Translations under genes and position numbers: made by a program
Origin: Cyanophora paradoxa CCMP329
Lineage: Eukaryota; Plantae; Glaucophyta
Assembly (NCBI GenBank): GCA_004431415.1
Contig: QPMI01000207.1
Location: 112,818 to 176,817 of the forward strand
Direction: 5' to 3'
DNA: 64,000 bases
Shown: piece by piece, positions 38,662 through 51,589 of the stretch
Layout of the letters: every line of letters begins with the position of its first letter
How positions within the stretch are numbered: the first letter of the stretch is position 1
The notes under the pieces: generated by a model
Database searches by the model: none
Told to the model about the DNA's origin: nothing
Seen by the model: only the letters and a program-made list of their open reading frames with translations

Positions 38662-40190
38662 TCAGCAGTTGGGGAACGTGAGCCCGCCGCACGCTGAGGC
38701 AAGGGACGCGCGTGAGCGCAGACCGCTGATCTCCGATGGCCAAAGCGATCACGTACCCGTTGAAGCAATGAAGAAAATAATGACACACAGCACGCCGAAA
38801 ATAGCGACCACCAGCCTGGCGGGGGACCGTGTGTCAGCGCCACCCGCTGGGCAACAGGGCGGGGAATAAAAATGGGAGGGGGAGGGAGGGAGGGAGGAAG
38901 GAGGTGGGAGGAAGGGAGAGACCGGGGAAGGGAGGGGAGAGAAAGGGGGCAAGGAAAAGGGGAAGGGTGGGTGGGGTGGGGGAGGTGAAGGGGGGGAAGG
39001 GGGGGGGGTGAGGGGGGGTGGGGGCGGGGGGCGGCAAGACGGGTTCCCCTCACTTTGCGTTTTGTATCCAGAGATGTCGCTTCAGCTGCGTGGCGCCGCG
39101 CTTAAAGCTAGCGCACGAGCGGCCTGATCAGCCACTGCGGCGCGCGCGGCGCCGAGACTGGGAGAGCGCACCGCATGGCTGAGGCGTTGAGGAGCTGCGG
39201 GCGCCTTGCGTTAGCACACCCGGTCCGCATAAAGAACGAAGTCGCACGAGGTTCTTACCTCGGTCTTATCCACGAGGAGCTCGATCTACTGGAAAAATCA
39301 AAACGGCGCAGTGCTGGATCCGGAGCGCTGGTATTGGAGCTGGTGACGGCGACTTCTAGAGTTGGGGTGGGTTTGGGTTTCGGGGAGTGGGGGAAGAGAG
39401 GCTACCGAGGGGAAGCCGGCACCTTTTCGCCGCGTGCGAGAACCTTCTCGATGTTCTGCGTCATTATGCCCTTCACCTGGTCGTTCTCTTAGGTGGGGTA
39501 GGGCAGGGGGGCAGGGAGGGAGGGAGGGAGGGCTGGCGGTGCCGGGGGGCGTGTCAGCGCACCTCGTCTATCTCGCTCTTGACCTTGGCGATCTTGTCGC
39601 TGCCCGGGTTGCCGTACTGCTCCACCAGCCGCGTCAGGACGATGCCGCCGAAGTCATCCTGCATGGCCCCCTCGCCCGCGTTCCGGCCCCGGTCCCCGTA
39701 CGCTTGCTTCCACTTGTTGCGCATCTCCTCCAAGAGCTGAGTAGCTTTCAGACGAACCGAGCGAGCGCCTGGGGGAAAGCGCGTACGACGAAAGGCATGC
39801 GGCGACCGTAGCTTTCCTCGGTCATGACCAGAAAGACGAGCCCTGTGGGTCACCCAAATGAGAGAAGAACATCACAATGGCGCGGCGCCGCTCCGAACCC
39901 ATGTCGCAGAGCACATGGAAAACATGATGCTCCAGAGAATAGCTGCGCCGCTCCTCCCCCACAGACGCGGGCAACCTGCTGCAAACTTCTCGAGCGATGT
40001 TGCGAAAGTTGCCTGAGCGGTGCGCACGTATGAGGACGCGTGGCGCGTGCTGAGCGCGGCACAGCGGGTACGTACCGGTTGTTGTTGCGTAGTCTGCAAG
40101 CGCGATGGGGCCCCTGGCGACCAACGCGTACACGATAGAGCTCGAGGCATGGCGCTCCAGATCGAGGGCATCCGCTCCCGGAAGCGCCAT
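38662..40190 (-). CDS. VAMP7: Longin R-SNARE VAMP7/VAMP71-like (copy 1)
   Basis: Longin [115 protein letters not shown]; ends CGGLTFPNC*. Confidence 0.9.
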
Positions 40191-40518
40191 TGCTTACGCC
40201 ACCGGGCGCAGAACGATGAACGCACTGCTCGTGCGACGACCGCGCTGCTGTTCGTGCGTTGTAAGGGCTGTTGTTTCGTCCGACCGCACTGCTGTGACTC
40301 AAGATCTTACTGTGTCGTGCTTCAGTTTCGTGCGTGTGCTGCTGCGTGCTGCGTGCCGGAGCCGACTGCGAGAAAGCACGGGGAGGGGGGAGCCGCATGG
40401 GGCTACACGCGTAATTCATTCGGTGCACCGCCGGGAAGCATCCTAGTCATAGATATTGCGTTGAAGCAGCAGTTAGAACAAAAGGAAACGCGTGACGTGG
40501 GCGGACGTGGGGCGCCCA

Positions 40519-42531
40519 ATGGCGCCCGCTGAGATCGCAGAGGCGGCGCCGGTGTTCTACCTACTGGGCCCGGGGCGCATGGGGAAATCGTGTACCGTTC
40601 GTCTCCTCAAGATCCTTTACTCCCACGAGGGCATCACAAGTGCGCCCCCTTGCCGCCGCGCACAAATGCGATTTCGATGCAATCGCAGGCTGGGAGCGGG
40701 AGCTCGCAAAGGAGCGGTTGGTAGAGAACCTCATGGACGCCGTGAAAGTCCTTCTTGACGCGGCCGGTTCGACGAGCAAAGCGGCGATCAGTTCGATAGA
40801 ATAGCGTACATGCGCAGCTCACAAAGCGCAGACCTGGAGGACTCCCGCCTTCCCGCGAACAAGATTAAGGCGCGTCCGTGCACCCTCTTCCCCCCGCGCC
40901 GCGCAGCCAGCGCCAGCTCCGCCCCGTATACGCGCCCCGCTCAACCGCATGCGCAGGAGACAAGAACGCTGATGGAGAAGTGGGCGGATCTAGACGAAAG
41001 GGACAAGACGCGGGCAACGTCTCACTTCAAAGAACTCGCCCAGGACCCCGGTGCGTCTCGACTTGCGGCGGGACCTCTCTCCGTGGCCAACCTCTCCCAG
41101 GCTTCCGCGCTTCGATGCTGCGCGTCCTGCACGACCCCAAGAACCCTCTGTGGCCCGGCATCTTGGCCGTCCCCTCCGCTGGTGCGGCGAGCGCTAGCGC
41201 GCATCGCCAGTGCATCGGCTCGTACGCGTGCGCGCGCTGAGAGAGGCGTCGGCCAGAGTACCTCACCGACCACCACGAGCGCATCCTAGACAAGGTTCTT
41301 TGCTGCATCTAGACCCAGCTTTCCAGTGCGGACGCCAGTTGCCAACCTTTCGGGCGCAGGATTACCTGCCGACGGCGGTCGACTGTCTCCACGTCCGTAC
41401 TCGAACGACGGGGTGTGCCGCTTCAGTTCTGCTCCTGTTTCTCCGCGCAGCTGAATATCGCCTTGCGTAGAATCTACTCTACCGAGTGAGGACAGTGACC
41501 CATCCGCTTCACCCGAGCCAACGCACCCTTGCAGCTTCGAGGGGTCCCACTTCGGTCCATTTGCCGTCGTGGACACGGGAGGCGAGCGCTCGGAGCGCAG
41601 GAAGTGCGCGTGGCCGGCGCCAGCCGCGTCGAGCCGCCGCGCCTGAGCGCGGCTGGCAGGTGGCCCATGTGGTGGGCGCGCGACGGGAAGCAGATGGCCT
41701 CGCGCGTCTTCCCCGTCTTTGTGGCGCGGCTCGACTCGTTCGGCGAGCAGCTCTTCGAGGCGCGCCCCGCCGCCCCGCCCTCGCCTTCCGCAGCCGACGG
41801 CGGCGGCGCAGGCGGAGGGGGACATGATGCGGGACATGGTCGACTGCTGGCGGGGGACGCTGGCGGCCCCGTTCGTGAAGGAGGCGGCCACGCCCTACTT
41901 CCTGCTCCTCAGCAAGGTACCCCCCCGCTCCCGCGCCCTCGGCGCTGCCGCTGACCGCCCGCGGGGAGGTCGACGGGCTGCGCAAGACGCTCGGCGACGG
42001 CTCGAGGCTGAAGCAGGGTGCGCGCCCCCCGCGCTTCGGCGCGCCCGCCGCGAGCTCCCGCCGACGGGCCGCGGCAGTCTTCCCCGGCTACTCCGGCGGC
42101 TCGAGCGTCGACGCCGCCGTCGACTTCGTTCGGGAAATGTGCGCAGCTCGCCCAGCGAACGCGCGCCGCCGCTGCAGCCGGCGACCGTCGGCGTAGGCTG
42201 GAGGGCGTGGCGGCTGAGGAGGCGCCCGGCCTCCCCATTCGCTCGCACGTCGTCAACAGCGTGGACGTGGAGGGCGCGCGGCCCGTCTGGGACTCGATCC
42301 TCACGGTATGCGCTCAGCCCACAGATCTTGATCTGCGACCTGCTAAGCTCCGGCCGCGCGCTGGCAATGTGTGCGCAGGAGGCGATGCAGTCGCTAGGTC
42401 GCATTACGGACCGTGGAGACCCAGATGTCGGGCCCTCAACACGACATTGTCAGCCCGCTGCAAGCTCGAATTGCGAATATGATGTCGTTGAATCCGGAGC
42501 TGGAAAGTGGCGGCCACCCGCTCGACCGTGA
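40519..42531 (+). CDS. Divergent stand-alone heterotrimeric G-protein alpha-like protein lacking an N-terminal lipidation motif (copy 1)
   Basis: Spliced: PVFYLLGPGRMGKSCT (G1), EYLTDHHERILDKDYLPTAVDCLHVRTRTTGI (G2), FAVVDTGGERSERRKW (G3), FVARLDSFGEQLFE, FLLLSKVD (G4), VFPGYSGG, HVVNSVD..VWDSILTEAMQSLGRI. Confidence 0.88.
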
Positions 42532-42825
42532 TCATCGGATCCCTTAGCCCTGCTGCATGCATATGTCCAGGCCAGCTGCAGGCCAATGCAATCAGACTCC
42601 GGGAGTCACTGAGTCCTTGTGAGATTCCAAAGTTCGGTATATGATCATGATCATGAGCAGCCTGGCAGCGGAGTCTACTAGAGTCTATACGGTTCAAGAC
42701 TACAATAGTGCAAACCGACTACGACGGCAAACTAGGCCAATAAACAAATACCTAAAATGGATCCAGACCTCGATCCCATGATCCGGATGGGGACAGCTGG
42801 GAGAAACGGAAGCCTCAAAGGCTAG

Positions 42826-43550
42826 GGCGGCGCCTCAGGCGGGCCCCTCGTCCGCGGCGTCGGCGTCAGAGGCGGGAGCGGCGGGGACGGCGCCGAAGCG
42901 CGGCTCGTCGGCGGCTGCCTCGGGGCCCGCGGACGCCTCTGCCCCGTCGGCGGCGCCGGCGCCGGCCTCCTCCTCCCGCCCGGCGCCCCGGCACGCCCAG
43001 CGGCTCGCGGGCGACCAACGCGTCGGGAGGCGGCGGCGGCGGCTCGAGCCTGCTCGCCACTCTTATGCGGCGCCCCTCGGCAGGCCCCACCCGGGCGAGC
43101 CGCTCCGCCAGCGTCAGCAGCGCCGGCCCGTCGGCGGCCAGCGCCGCTCCCGCGGGCGCCGTCGCCTCCTCCTCCTCGCCTGCCGCTGCCGCCGCCGGCC
43201 CGTCCCCGACCAACCTCGCCTCCTCGATCTCATCTTTCTCGTCCCGTGGCGTCGCCACCTTCGGGCGCACGCGCTCCAGCGGGGTCGTGGCGCCCTCTCC
43301 CGTGCCCTCGGGCCCTGCCCCCGCCGCGGCCTCGTCGGCCCCCGGCAGCGCCGTCGTGCGCGCTGCTCCGCCGCCGGCCGCCTCGTCGTCGGCGGTGAAC
43401 GCCTCGGGGGAGCGGCCCCGCGGGCGCCTCGCCAGCCTCTTCTCCTCCTCGTCCCGCAACAAGCCGCCCGGCGCCACCGCCGCCGGCAGCAGCAGCGGCG
43501 GGGGGAGCGGCACCCCCGCCCCGGCCGCCGCTGCCGGGCGGCGCTCTTAG
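42826..43550 (+). pseudogene. Promoterless 3' fragment of the RING E3 gene created by the duplication
   Basis: Copies only the Ser/Ala-rich last ~720 nt of the 29379-32478 gene. Confidence 0.7.
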
Positions 43551-43707
43551 TAGCTTCTGCAGGGGCGTCCTGGAGGGGCGTCCTTCCGGGGACGGGGCCC
43601 CAAGCCCCCCGCGTCCCCGCCTAGTCTTCCTGCGCGGCCTTGGGCGCGCGCTGGCTGTGTTTTAATATGTGACACTATGCAGGCCTGCGCCTCTGATGAG
43701 GCTGGGG

Positions 43708-45710
43708 CTAGATGGCGCGGTAGTCGGCGAGGATCTGCTCGGCGCGGGCGAAGGCCTCGTCGAAGAAGGCGGCGTCGCAGCCGTGCCGCGCGTACTGGTG
43801 CAGGTACGCCCGCGCCGCCCGCATCGCCGCCCCCCGCTCCAGCAGCGCCTCCAGCGGGCCCGCGATCGTCCCCGAGTTCCTGGCCGGCAGTCGGCGAGGA
43901 GAGGGAGGGGGGCGGGCGGGGGAGGGGCGGGCACGTGAGGGCGGTGGCGCTCATCTCGTACTGGTGGACGGGCTCCGGGTGCCGCGCGACCGCCAGCGGG
44001 TCCGGCACCCAGCCGGGGTACAGCGCCGGGTGCGCGAAGCCGCTCGCGTCGGCCGCTGGCGGGCCGCCGGCTCAGGCAGCGGCGGCGGGGCAGGGCGGGG
44101 TGGGGCGGCGCACTGTGGACGTCCTTGCCGCGGAGGAAGAGCATGGTGGCGAGGGAGCGGTGGATGCGGTGGTCGGGCGGGCGGCCGGCTGCCGGGCGCG
44201 GTCGGGGGCGGAGGGGAGGGGGCGAGGGGGCAGGGGCCGCGGGGCGCACGCTCGGGGAGGTGGACGCCGAAGGGGACGTTGAGGTCGAACTTGGCGTCCG
44301 TCACCAGCATCTGCAGCGCGTGCTGCGCCGCCCCTCGCCCTCCGCCGCCCCGCCGCCCGCCCCGCGGCTCAAGGGCGGGGCACCTTGAGGAGGGCGGGCC
44401 ACTGGAAGACGGTGAAGGGGACGGAGGCGCGCGGCATCTGCCGGCGCCGGCAGCGTCACGAGCGCGCTCGGAGGGGGGGCGCGGCAGCCGCGGCGCGCCT
44501 GGGGGGTCGTCTTGATCGTGAGGAGCTTGTAGGATGGGTGCGAGCAGAGGTGGCGGAGCGGGTCGAGCAGCACGTTGGTCGGGCGGCCGAGGGCGGCACG
44601 CGAGGCGGAGGCGGAGGCGGGGCGGCCCGGGCGCGCGGAGGGGGCGGGGGCGCAGGGTGCCGGGACGGGGAGAGGCGGGAGGGGAGGAGGACGGCGGCGA
44701 GGGAGGAGGCGATGACGCGGTTGAGGTCGGGGAAGTTGGGGCGCGCCACGTTCAGCAGCCGCGTGCACACGGCGCTCGCCACCTCGTTCGCCTCCACGAC
44801 AACCCCGTCCGAGTGCTGCGCCCCGGCCCCCGTCAGCGCTTCGACGCGGCCGTCGGCCGTACGCGTGCGGCCCGGCGGGACTCGCCTCGCAGAGGTGCGC
44901 GAGGGTCAGCAGCGCGTTGTAGTTCTGGACGACGACCTCGCCCGTTCGGTACGGCCAAACCACCTGCGCTCGCGCTCGTCCTGCGGCGCAACCTTCCGAG
45001 CGAACGCGCGCACCTGGTTCATGAGCAGCGCGTTGGGAAACTCGTCCCGCACCATCTCAGTGACGAATGCCCCTGGCGCTGGGTCGGCGGCGAGCGCAGC
45101 GGACGCGGCGCTGCCTGCGAACCAACGCCGGAGCCGGTGCCGCCTGCGAGCGACTGCAGGAAGAGGAAGCCGCCAAACCAGTCGCAGGACTCGACCTCCC
45201 GCCGAATCAAATCGGAGACCGATTCCTGCGACGCCGGGCCGTGCGTCCTGTACCTGCAGCCCAGCATGAGCGGTTGAGACGAAGTCGGACGCGCTCATTA
45301 TCGACACACCCGTACGCCCAGTTGTTGCCGGAGCCGCTCTGCTTCGTGAAGTGCCGGTCGTCGGCGTACCGCCAGCGCCCGCCCCTGGTAGCATGCTGCC
45401 GAGCCTGCGTGCGAAGGTCTCGTCCCTCATCGGCAAGCCGCCGCCGAGCGCACGGACCTGGCCGACGACACGCGGCTCCATGTCGACCAGCACGCCGCGC
45501 GCAATCGGTGCGCCTACGAGGCGCTTGCCATTGGTACGAGTTTTGAAGCGCAAGCGAGCGGAAGCCGGCCGCACCGGCGTCCGCATGGCGGAAGAAGACT
45601 TCTTCCTCGGCAGCGCTGTGCGGCCGCAGCAAGTGCGCTGCGAGCGTCTCGAAGAGATGGCAGCCGAGCTGGTTGCCGTACTGGCCCAGCTGGACCGTCA
45701 CGACCGACAT
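43708..45710 (-). CDS. TUBD1: Delta-tubulin (copy 2)
   Basis: Duplicate of 32634-34636. Confidence 0.88.
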
Positions 45711-45935
45711 CGATATCGCTGTGCTGGAGACCGCGCGCGAGTGCCCGGCAAATTCGATCCGCTTTGGGGGTACCTGCTTCATTGTTGCGCCGCCGGCGCG
45801 CGCTCGGTTACTGCTTCTAGCTCTTGCATGGCCCGCGGCTAGTATGCCCGTGTTATCGATGCGCACGCTCGGTGCATAGTTCCAGTAATGTCATTTCAAG
45901 TTTTCTTTGTCGACTTAGCAACAAAAAGAAGCGCG

Positions 45936-47991
45936 CTAATCGTCCTCCTTGCCGTAATTGCTGTCGTCCCTCAAGAGCTTGTCGATCTCGTCGTCCTGCG
46001 AAGGTGCGCCTCAGAGCTGCGCGGCGGCGAGAAACTGCCCCTACGCACGATCCTCTTGGCGACGTCCTTCGGCTTCGAGGCGGCGCCGCCGTTGCCGTTC
46101 CCGCTCCCGTTGCCGTTGGCGATGGGCTTCAGAGGCGACACGGGGTCCGCCGAGGGGTTCACGACCTGCCCCGAAGCGCTCGGCGCCGCGGCGGGGGGAG
46201 AGGGCGGGGGAAAGGGGGCGCGCGGGGCGCACGCCGCCCTGCTTGAGGATGTCCTGCACGCTCGAGTTGACGGTCATGCTGCGGGGCGGGGCGTGAGGGG
46301 AGGGGCGGCGCCGGGGCGCGGGGCAGGGAGGGCACCGGGTCTGGCGGACGAGGTCGTCGAGCTCGCCCTCGCTGAAGAGGTCGGAGAGCTTCACGTCGGG
46401 GGCGATCACCCGCAGCTCCCGCTCGATGTAGTCTGCCCCACCTCAGGCCCCGCAGCGCGGAGCACGGGCGGGCCCTGCCGGGATTCGAACCCGTGACCTC
46501 GAACTCGTCCAGCGCGTCGAGCTCGTACGTGGAAGGGTCCCCCGTGACCTGCGCGGCGGGGGGAGGTCAGGGAGGGGGGGGGGGGGGGGGGGGGGGGGGC
46601 GGGCAGGAGGGGCGGGGGGCGGGGCGCCTCGAGGAGGCGCGCGGGCTCCGGGGCGCCGGGGAAGCAGGCGGCGAGGACGCGCCCCAGCGCCGCCGCGTCC
46701 GTCCCGCTCACGCCCTCCCCGATTGTAGCGAAGTACGCCTGCGCTGAAGTGAGCGGCGCGGTGCCGCGTGGGGAGGCTTGCAGCGCGCCTGGATGCTGTC
46801 CCTCGCATACCGGCAGGCCTCCGCGTCGTCAACAGTGGGCGCGGCGCCGCGAGGGCCCGCCGGTGTGACTGCGGAGGGGCGCTCGGGGCTTCTCCCCCTC
46901 GGGCGCGGGGGGCGGGGGGAGGCGGACGGACCGAGGCGGGAGGGGCGCGGGGGCGTGGCGGGGGCCGGGGGCAGCGGCTCCTCCTCCTCGAGGTCGAAGT
47001 CGTCGCCCTCCGAGTCCAGCAGCCGCTCGACCGCCGCCGCCTCCTCCGCCTCCGCCCTCCCCGCCGCCTCCCGCTCCGCCTGCCGCTGTCCCTGCCGCGC
47101 CAGCCCCTCCTTCCAGAGCTTCACGCCGGCGCCCCACTCCACGACCGCCTGCCCCGGGGCGTCAAGAGGCGCCGGCGCTCGGGCGGGGGCGCCGGGCCGG
47201 GCCTCGAGGTCGGACGGGGTGAGGGCGGCGTAGCCGGAGCGGGCGGCCCAGGCGGAGAAGAGGAGGGCGTTGGGGTCGACGGCGCCGGAGTGGCGCAGCT
47301 GGACCTTGATGAGCTCCTTCCCCACCGCCTCGTACGTCTCCACCGCGTACTCCCAGAACTCGATCGGATCCACTGCGCAGCCGCTCGCGCTCCAAAGCGG
47401 CCCAGCGGCGCGGCGCGATGACTCACCGCCGGTGGGACCCGCGGGGACGGGCGGCGCCGCGGCGGTCTCCTCCTGCGCCTCGGCCGCCGCTCGGCGCCGC
47501 TTCTTGCCCCCGGGGTTCTTGATGTTGTCATACACGACGACGGCGATGGCGAGGGCGATCAGGAAGATGGTCGAGGAGTCCACGCCGCCGCCGCTCGCGC
47601 CCGCCGCTGCCGCCGCGCCGGCTGCCTGGTCCAGCGCGGCCCGGGCAGGGAGGGGGGACGACAGCTTCCACTCGAACCGCGCGGTGCGGGGACTGCATGT
47701 GAACTTGCGCTGCACGAAGGCGCTGCGGAGACTGCGCGAAAGCGGGAAGTCAGCCGTACTGCGCGCACGCGCCGCGGCCGAGGCGCCGGACAGCTCTCGA
47801 TGCGCGTGCTTGATGTGTTCATCCTCCGAGAGCCGCCGATCCGGCTGTTTCATTCGCATTGAAAGGCTCGCGCACCTCGGCTTTGGCGCAGAAGCGCGCG
47901 GCGCCGCCGTCAGGCTCAGCGCAGCATGTGGAGCAGCCGAGCCGCTCGCGACAGGCCGCACAAGGGCCGGGCAGAGGACGAACGAGGCCAT
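45936..47991 (-). CDS. Plastid-targeted TIGR02444-like protein (copy 2)
   Basis: Duplicate of 34862-36916. Confidence 0.58.
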
Positions 47992-48488
47992 TGGGGTACA
48001 GACTAGATGGAACCGTGGTTCGTGGGTAGAGGGGCATACTCGAGGGCCAGTGTGCAACTCCAACTTCTCGTAAGAATCGTGTGATCTGAACAAGAATCAA
48101 TTGAGGACCGCTCGAGAGTCTGCAGTTGCAGAGGGGAAAATTCCGGAAACTTCTCCCCCCTTCAGTTGGCGGGGTACATTCATCAAGTCGAAGTTCGCGA
48201 ACAGGAGCGCAGGATCAGCACAGCTTGCGCCAGCGCACACAGGTCGACGCCGCTCGTCTCAGCTCATCCCCTGTGATGGTGTGCACTCCCTCACTCGTGA
48301 ACCGCCCTTTCTAGAATGAATAATCGCGCGCGCGCTCTCCGGGCGACCTAGGACGACTTTAGGCGTGCAACTTCGCGAAGCATTGTTATTACATACCATG
48401 CCGTGCAGCCTGCGCGGGTTGAGCGCGCCACCGCCGCCCCCTCCGCGCAATCTCTGCGCGCCAACTTGCTGACCCTCGCAACGTGCAG

Positions 48489-49228
48489 AGCAAGAGCTTC
48501 TCCGTCAAAGGAAGACTTTTTCGCCCGAACTTGACTGGACTCTCGATTGATACGTCTGATTAAGTGAGGCCCACTCTCGCGCTTCTCCAATATTCGCTTT
48601 GGCACATTACTAGAAGTCACTCTGGTGTCATTACCGCGGCCCACGTGTCCTAGGGATCGAACCGACGGAAGGCTGATCTCGCCCGCCTGTGCAGGTACTG
48701 CGCCTTCAGAATGCTCAACTCTGGAACTGCTATCTCGTCCATCGTTCCCCCGCTTGTGTCGTTTCGAGTCCGAAGGCATTGCCTGTGAAGGCGAAAGTTC
48801 TGGGCGAGCTCGGCGCTGCCGCAATGTCCGCTGACGTTGGTCGGTTCACACGGGTGTGGAAGGGTTTCGTTTGTTGTTTAGTCGCGCCTCATTCTCTTAT
48901 CCCTCTCTTCTTGCAGGCGGCGGAAGAGGCGATCAAGTGCGGGTTTGTGGCTGAAACCGTGGCTGCTCGCAACCTTTTCGAAATCGAGCTGGAGAAAGCT
49001 GCAGCCCGCGCTCAGATCCGCCACGCTCTCGAGGTCCGCGCGATCGCGATCTTGGACATTCGACGCCCGCTGATCGCTTGGGCTGCGCAGTGTGGGGATT
49101 GGGCCATGCTCTCGGAGGCCTGCGATGCTCTTGAGGAGATGCAGTGCTTTGAGGAGGCGAAGGCCGCACGCGATTCTGTCCAGGCTACGCTCAAGCACCT
49201 TGCGGACGTCCGGGCAAAGCTCCTCTGA
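48489..49228 (+). CDS. Small hypothetical protein or gene fragment (copy 2)
   Basis: Duplicate of 37412-38152. Confidence 0.33.
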
Positions 49229-49737
49229 ACGGGCCCCGTCCAGCCCTTTTTTTATGGAACTAGAGCGATACGCTGCCAGAATTCTTAAGCTTGCATAACA
49301 TCTTCGCTAATTCCTTTCGAGATTTCACGTGAGCTGCCTGTGTACATAAATCCAATTTGTTCCGCCTTTTCTCTCTGATAAGTATGTGCCGTGGGTTAAA
49401 GTGAGTGATTCGCACTGGGAGCGTTGTCTACGTTTAAATATCCGGCGTGACATTCCAGCGTGCAGGGGCGGCCTTGCTAATGGGCCGCGCTGGGCACTGC
49501 GGCATTGTCGGGCATGGGCATGCGCAGCTCGCGATCGCGTCCTGTCGCGGGGATCGGATGCTATAGGGCGCCAGCTGCAGCGCCTAGCTATAGATCTCAT
49601 ATGTACATGTGGACCGCGCGCGCGGCCGCGGGCACCGGGGGCCCGAGCTCCAGCGGCTGGAGAGGCCTAGGGAGCGTTGGGAGACCCGGTAGCCAAGTCG
49701 ACTCCTGATTCACGGGGCCCGGGGCCGGATTGGGGGA

Positions 49738-51262
49738 TCAGCAGTTGGGGAACGTGAGCCCGCCGCACGCTGAGGCAAGGGACGCGCGTGAGCGCAGACC
49801 GCTGATCTCCGATGGCCAAAGCGATCACGTACCCGTTGAAGCAATGAAGAAAATAATGACACACAGCACGCCGAAAATAGCGACCACCAGCCTGGCGGGG
49901 GACCGTGTGTCAGCGCCACCCGCTGGGCAACAGGGCGGGGAATAAAAATGGGAGGGGAGGGAGGGAGGGAGGAAGGAGGTGGGAGGAAGGAGAGACCGGG
50001 GGAAGGGAGGGGAGAGAAAGGGGGCAAGGAAAAGGGGAAGGGGTGGGTGGGGTGGGGGAGGTGAAGGGGGGGAAGGGGGGGGGGGTGAGGGGGGTGGGGC
50101 GGGGGGCGGCAAGACGGGTTCCCCTCACTTTGCGTTTTGTATCCAGAGATGTCGCTTCAGCTGCGTGGCGCCGCGCTTAAAGCTAGCGCACGAGCGGCCT
50201 GATCAGCCACTGCGGCGCGCGCGGCGCCGAGACTGGGAGAGCGCACCGCATGGCTGAGGCGTTGAGGAGCTGCGGGCGCCTTGCGTTAGCACACCCGGTC
50301 CGCATAAAGAACGAAGTCGCACGAGGTTCTTACCTCGGTCTTATCCACGAGGAGCTCGATCTACTGGAAAAATCAAAACGGCGCAGTGCTGGATCCGGAG
50401 CGCTGGTATTGGAGCTGGTGACGGCGACTTCTAGAGTTGGGGTGGGTTTGGGTTTCGGGGAGTGGGGGAAGAGAGGCTACGAGGGGAAGCCGGCACCTTT
50501 TCGCCGCGTGCGAGAACCTTCTCGATGTTCTGCGTCATTATGCCCTTCACCTGGTCGTTCTCTTAGGTGGGGTAGGGCAGGGGGCAGGGAGGGAGGAGGG
50601 AGGGCTGGCGGTGCCGGGGGGCGTGTCAGCGCACCTCGTCTATCTCGCTCTTGACCTTGGCGATCTTGTCGCTGCCCGGGTTGCCGTACTGCTCCACCAG
50701 CCGCGTCAGGACGATGCCGCCGAAGTCATCCTGCATGGCCCCCTCGCCCGCGTTCCGGCCCCGGTCCCCGTACGCTTGCTTCCACTTGTTGCGCATCTCC
50801 TCCAAGAGCTGAGTAGCTTTCAGACGAACCGAGCGAGCGCCTGGGGGAAAGCGCGTACGACGAAAGGCATGCGGCGACCGTAGCTTTCCTCGGTCATGAC
50901 CAGAAAGACGAGCCCTGTGGGTCACCCAAATGAGAGAAGAACATCACAATGGCGCGGCGCCGCTCCGAACCCATGTCGCAGAGCACATGGAAAACATGAT
51001 GCTCCAGAGAATAGCTGCGCCGCTCCTCCCCCACAGACGCGGGCAACCTGCTGCAAACTTCTCGAGCGATGTTGCGAAAGTTGCCTGAGCGGTGCGCACG
51101 TATGAGGACGCGTGGCGCGTGCTGAGCGCGGCACAGCGGGTACGTACCGGTTGTTGTTGCGTAGTCTGCAAGCGCGATGGGGCCCCTGGCGACCAACGCG
51201 TACACGATAGAGCTCGAGGCATGGCGCTCCAGATCGAGGGCATCCGCTCCCGGAAGCGCCAT
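49738..51262 (-). CDS. VAMP7: Longin R-SNARE VAMP7-like (copy 2)
   Basis: Duplicate of 38662-40190. Confidence 0.86.
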
Positions 51263-51589
51263 TGCTTACGCCACCGGGCGCAGAACGATGAACGCACTGC
51301 TCGTGCGACGACCGCGCTGCTGTTCGTGCGTTGTAAGGGCTGTTGTTTCGTCCGACCGCACTGCTGTGACTCAAGATCTTACTGTGTCGTGCTTCAGTTT
51401 CGTGCGTGTGCTGCTGCGTGCTGCGTGCCGGAGCCGACTGCGAGAAAGCACGGGGAGGGGGAGCCGCATGGGGCTACACGCGTAATTCATTCGGTGCACC
51501 GCCGGGAAGCATCCTAGTCATAGATATTGCGTTGAAGCAGCAGTTAGAACAAAAGGAAACGCGTGACGTGGGCGGACGTGGGGCGCCCA

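Larger units (their letters stand above)
31758..42825. repeat. ~11.07 kb tandem duplication, copy 1
   Basis: The sequence from ggcggcgcctcaggcgggcccc (31758) to ...agcctcaaaggctag recurs immediately at 42826-53897. Confidence 0.95.
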
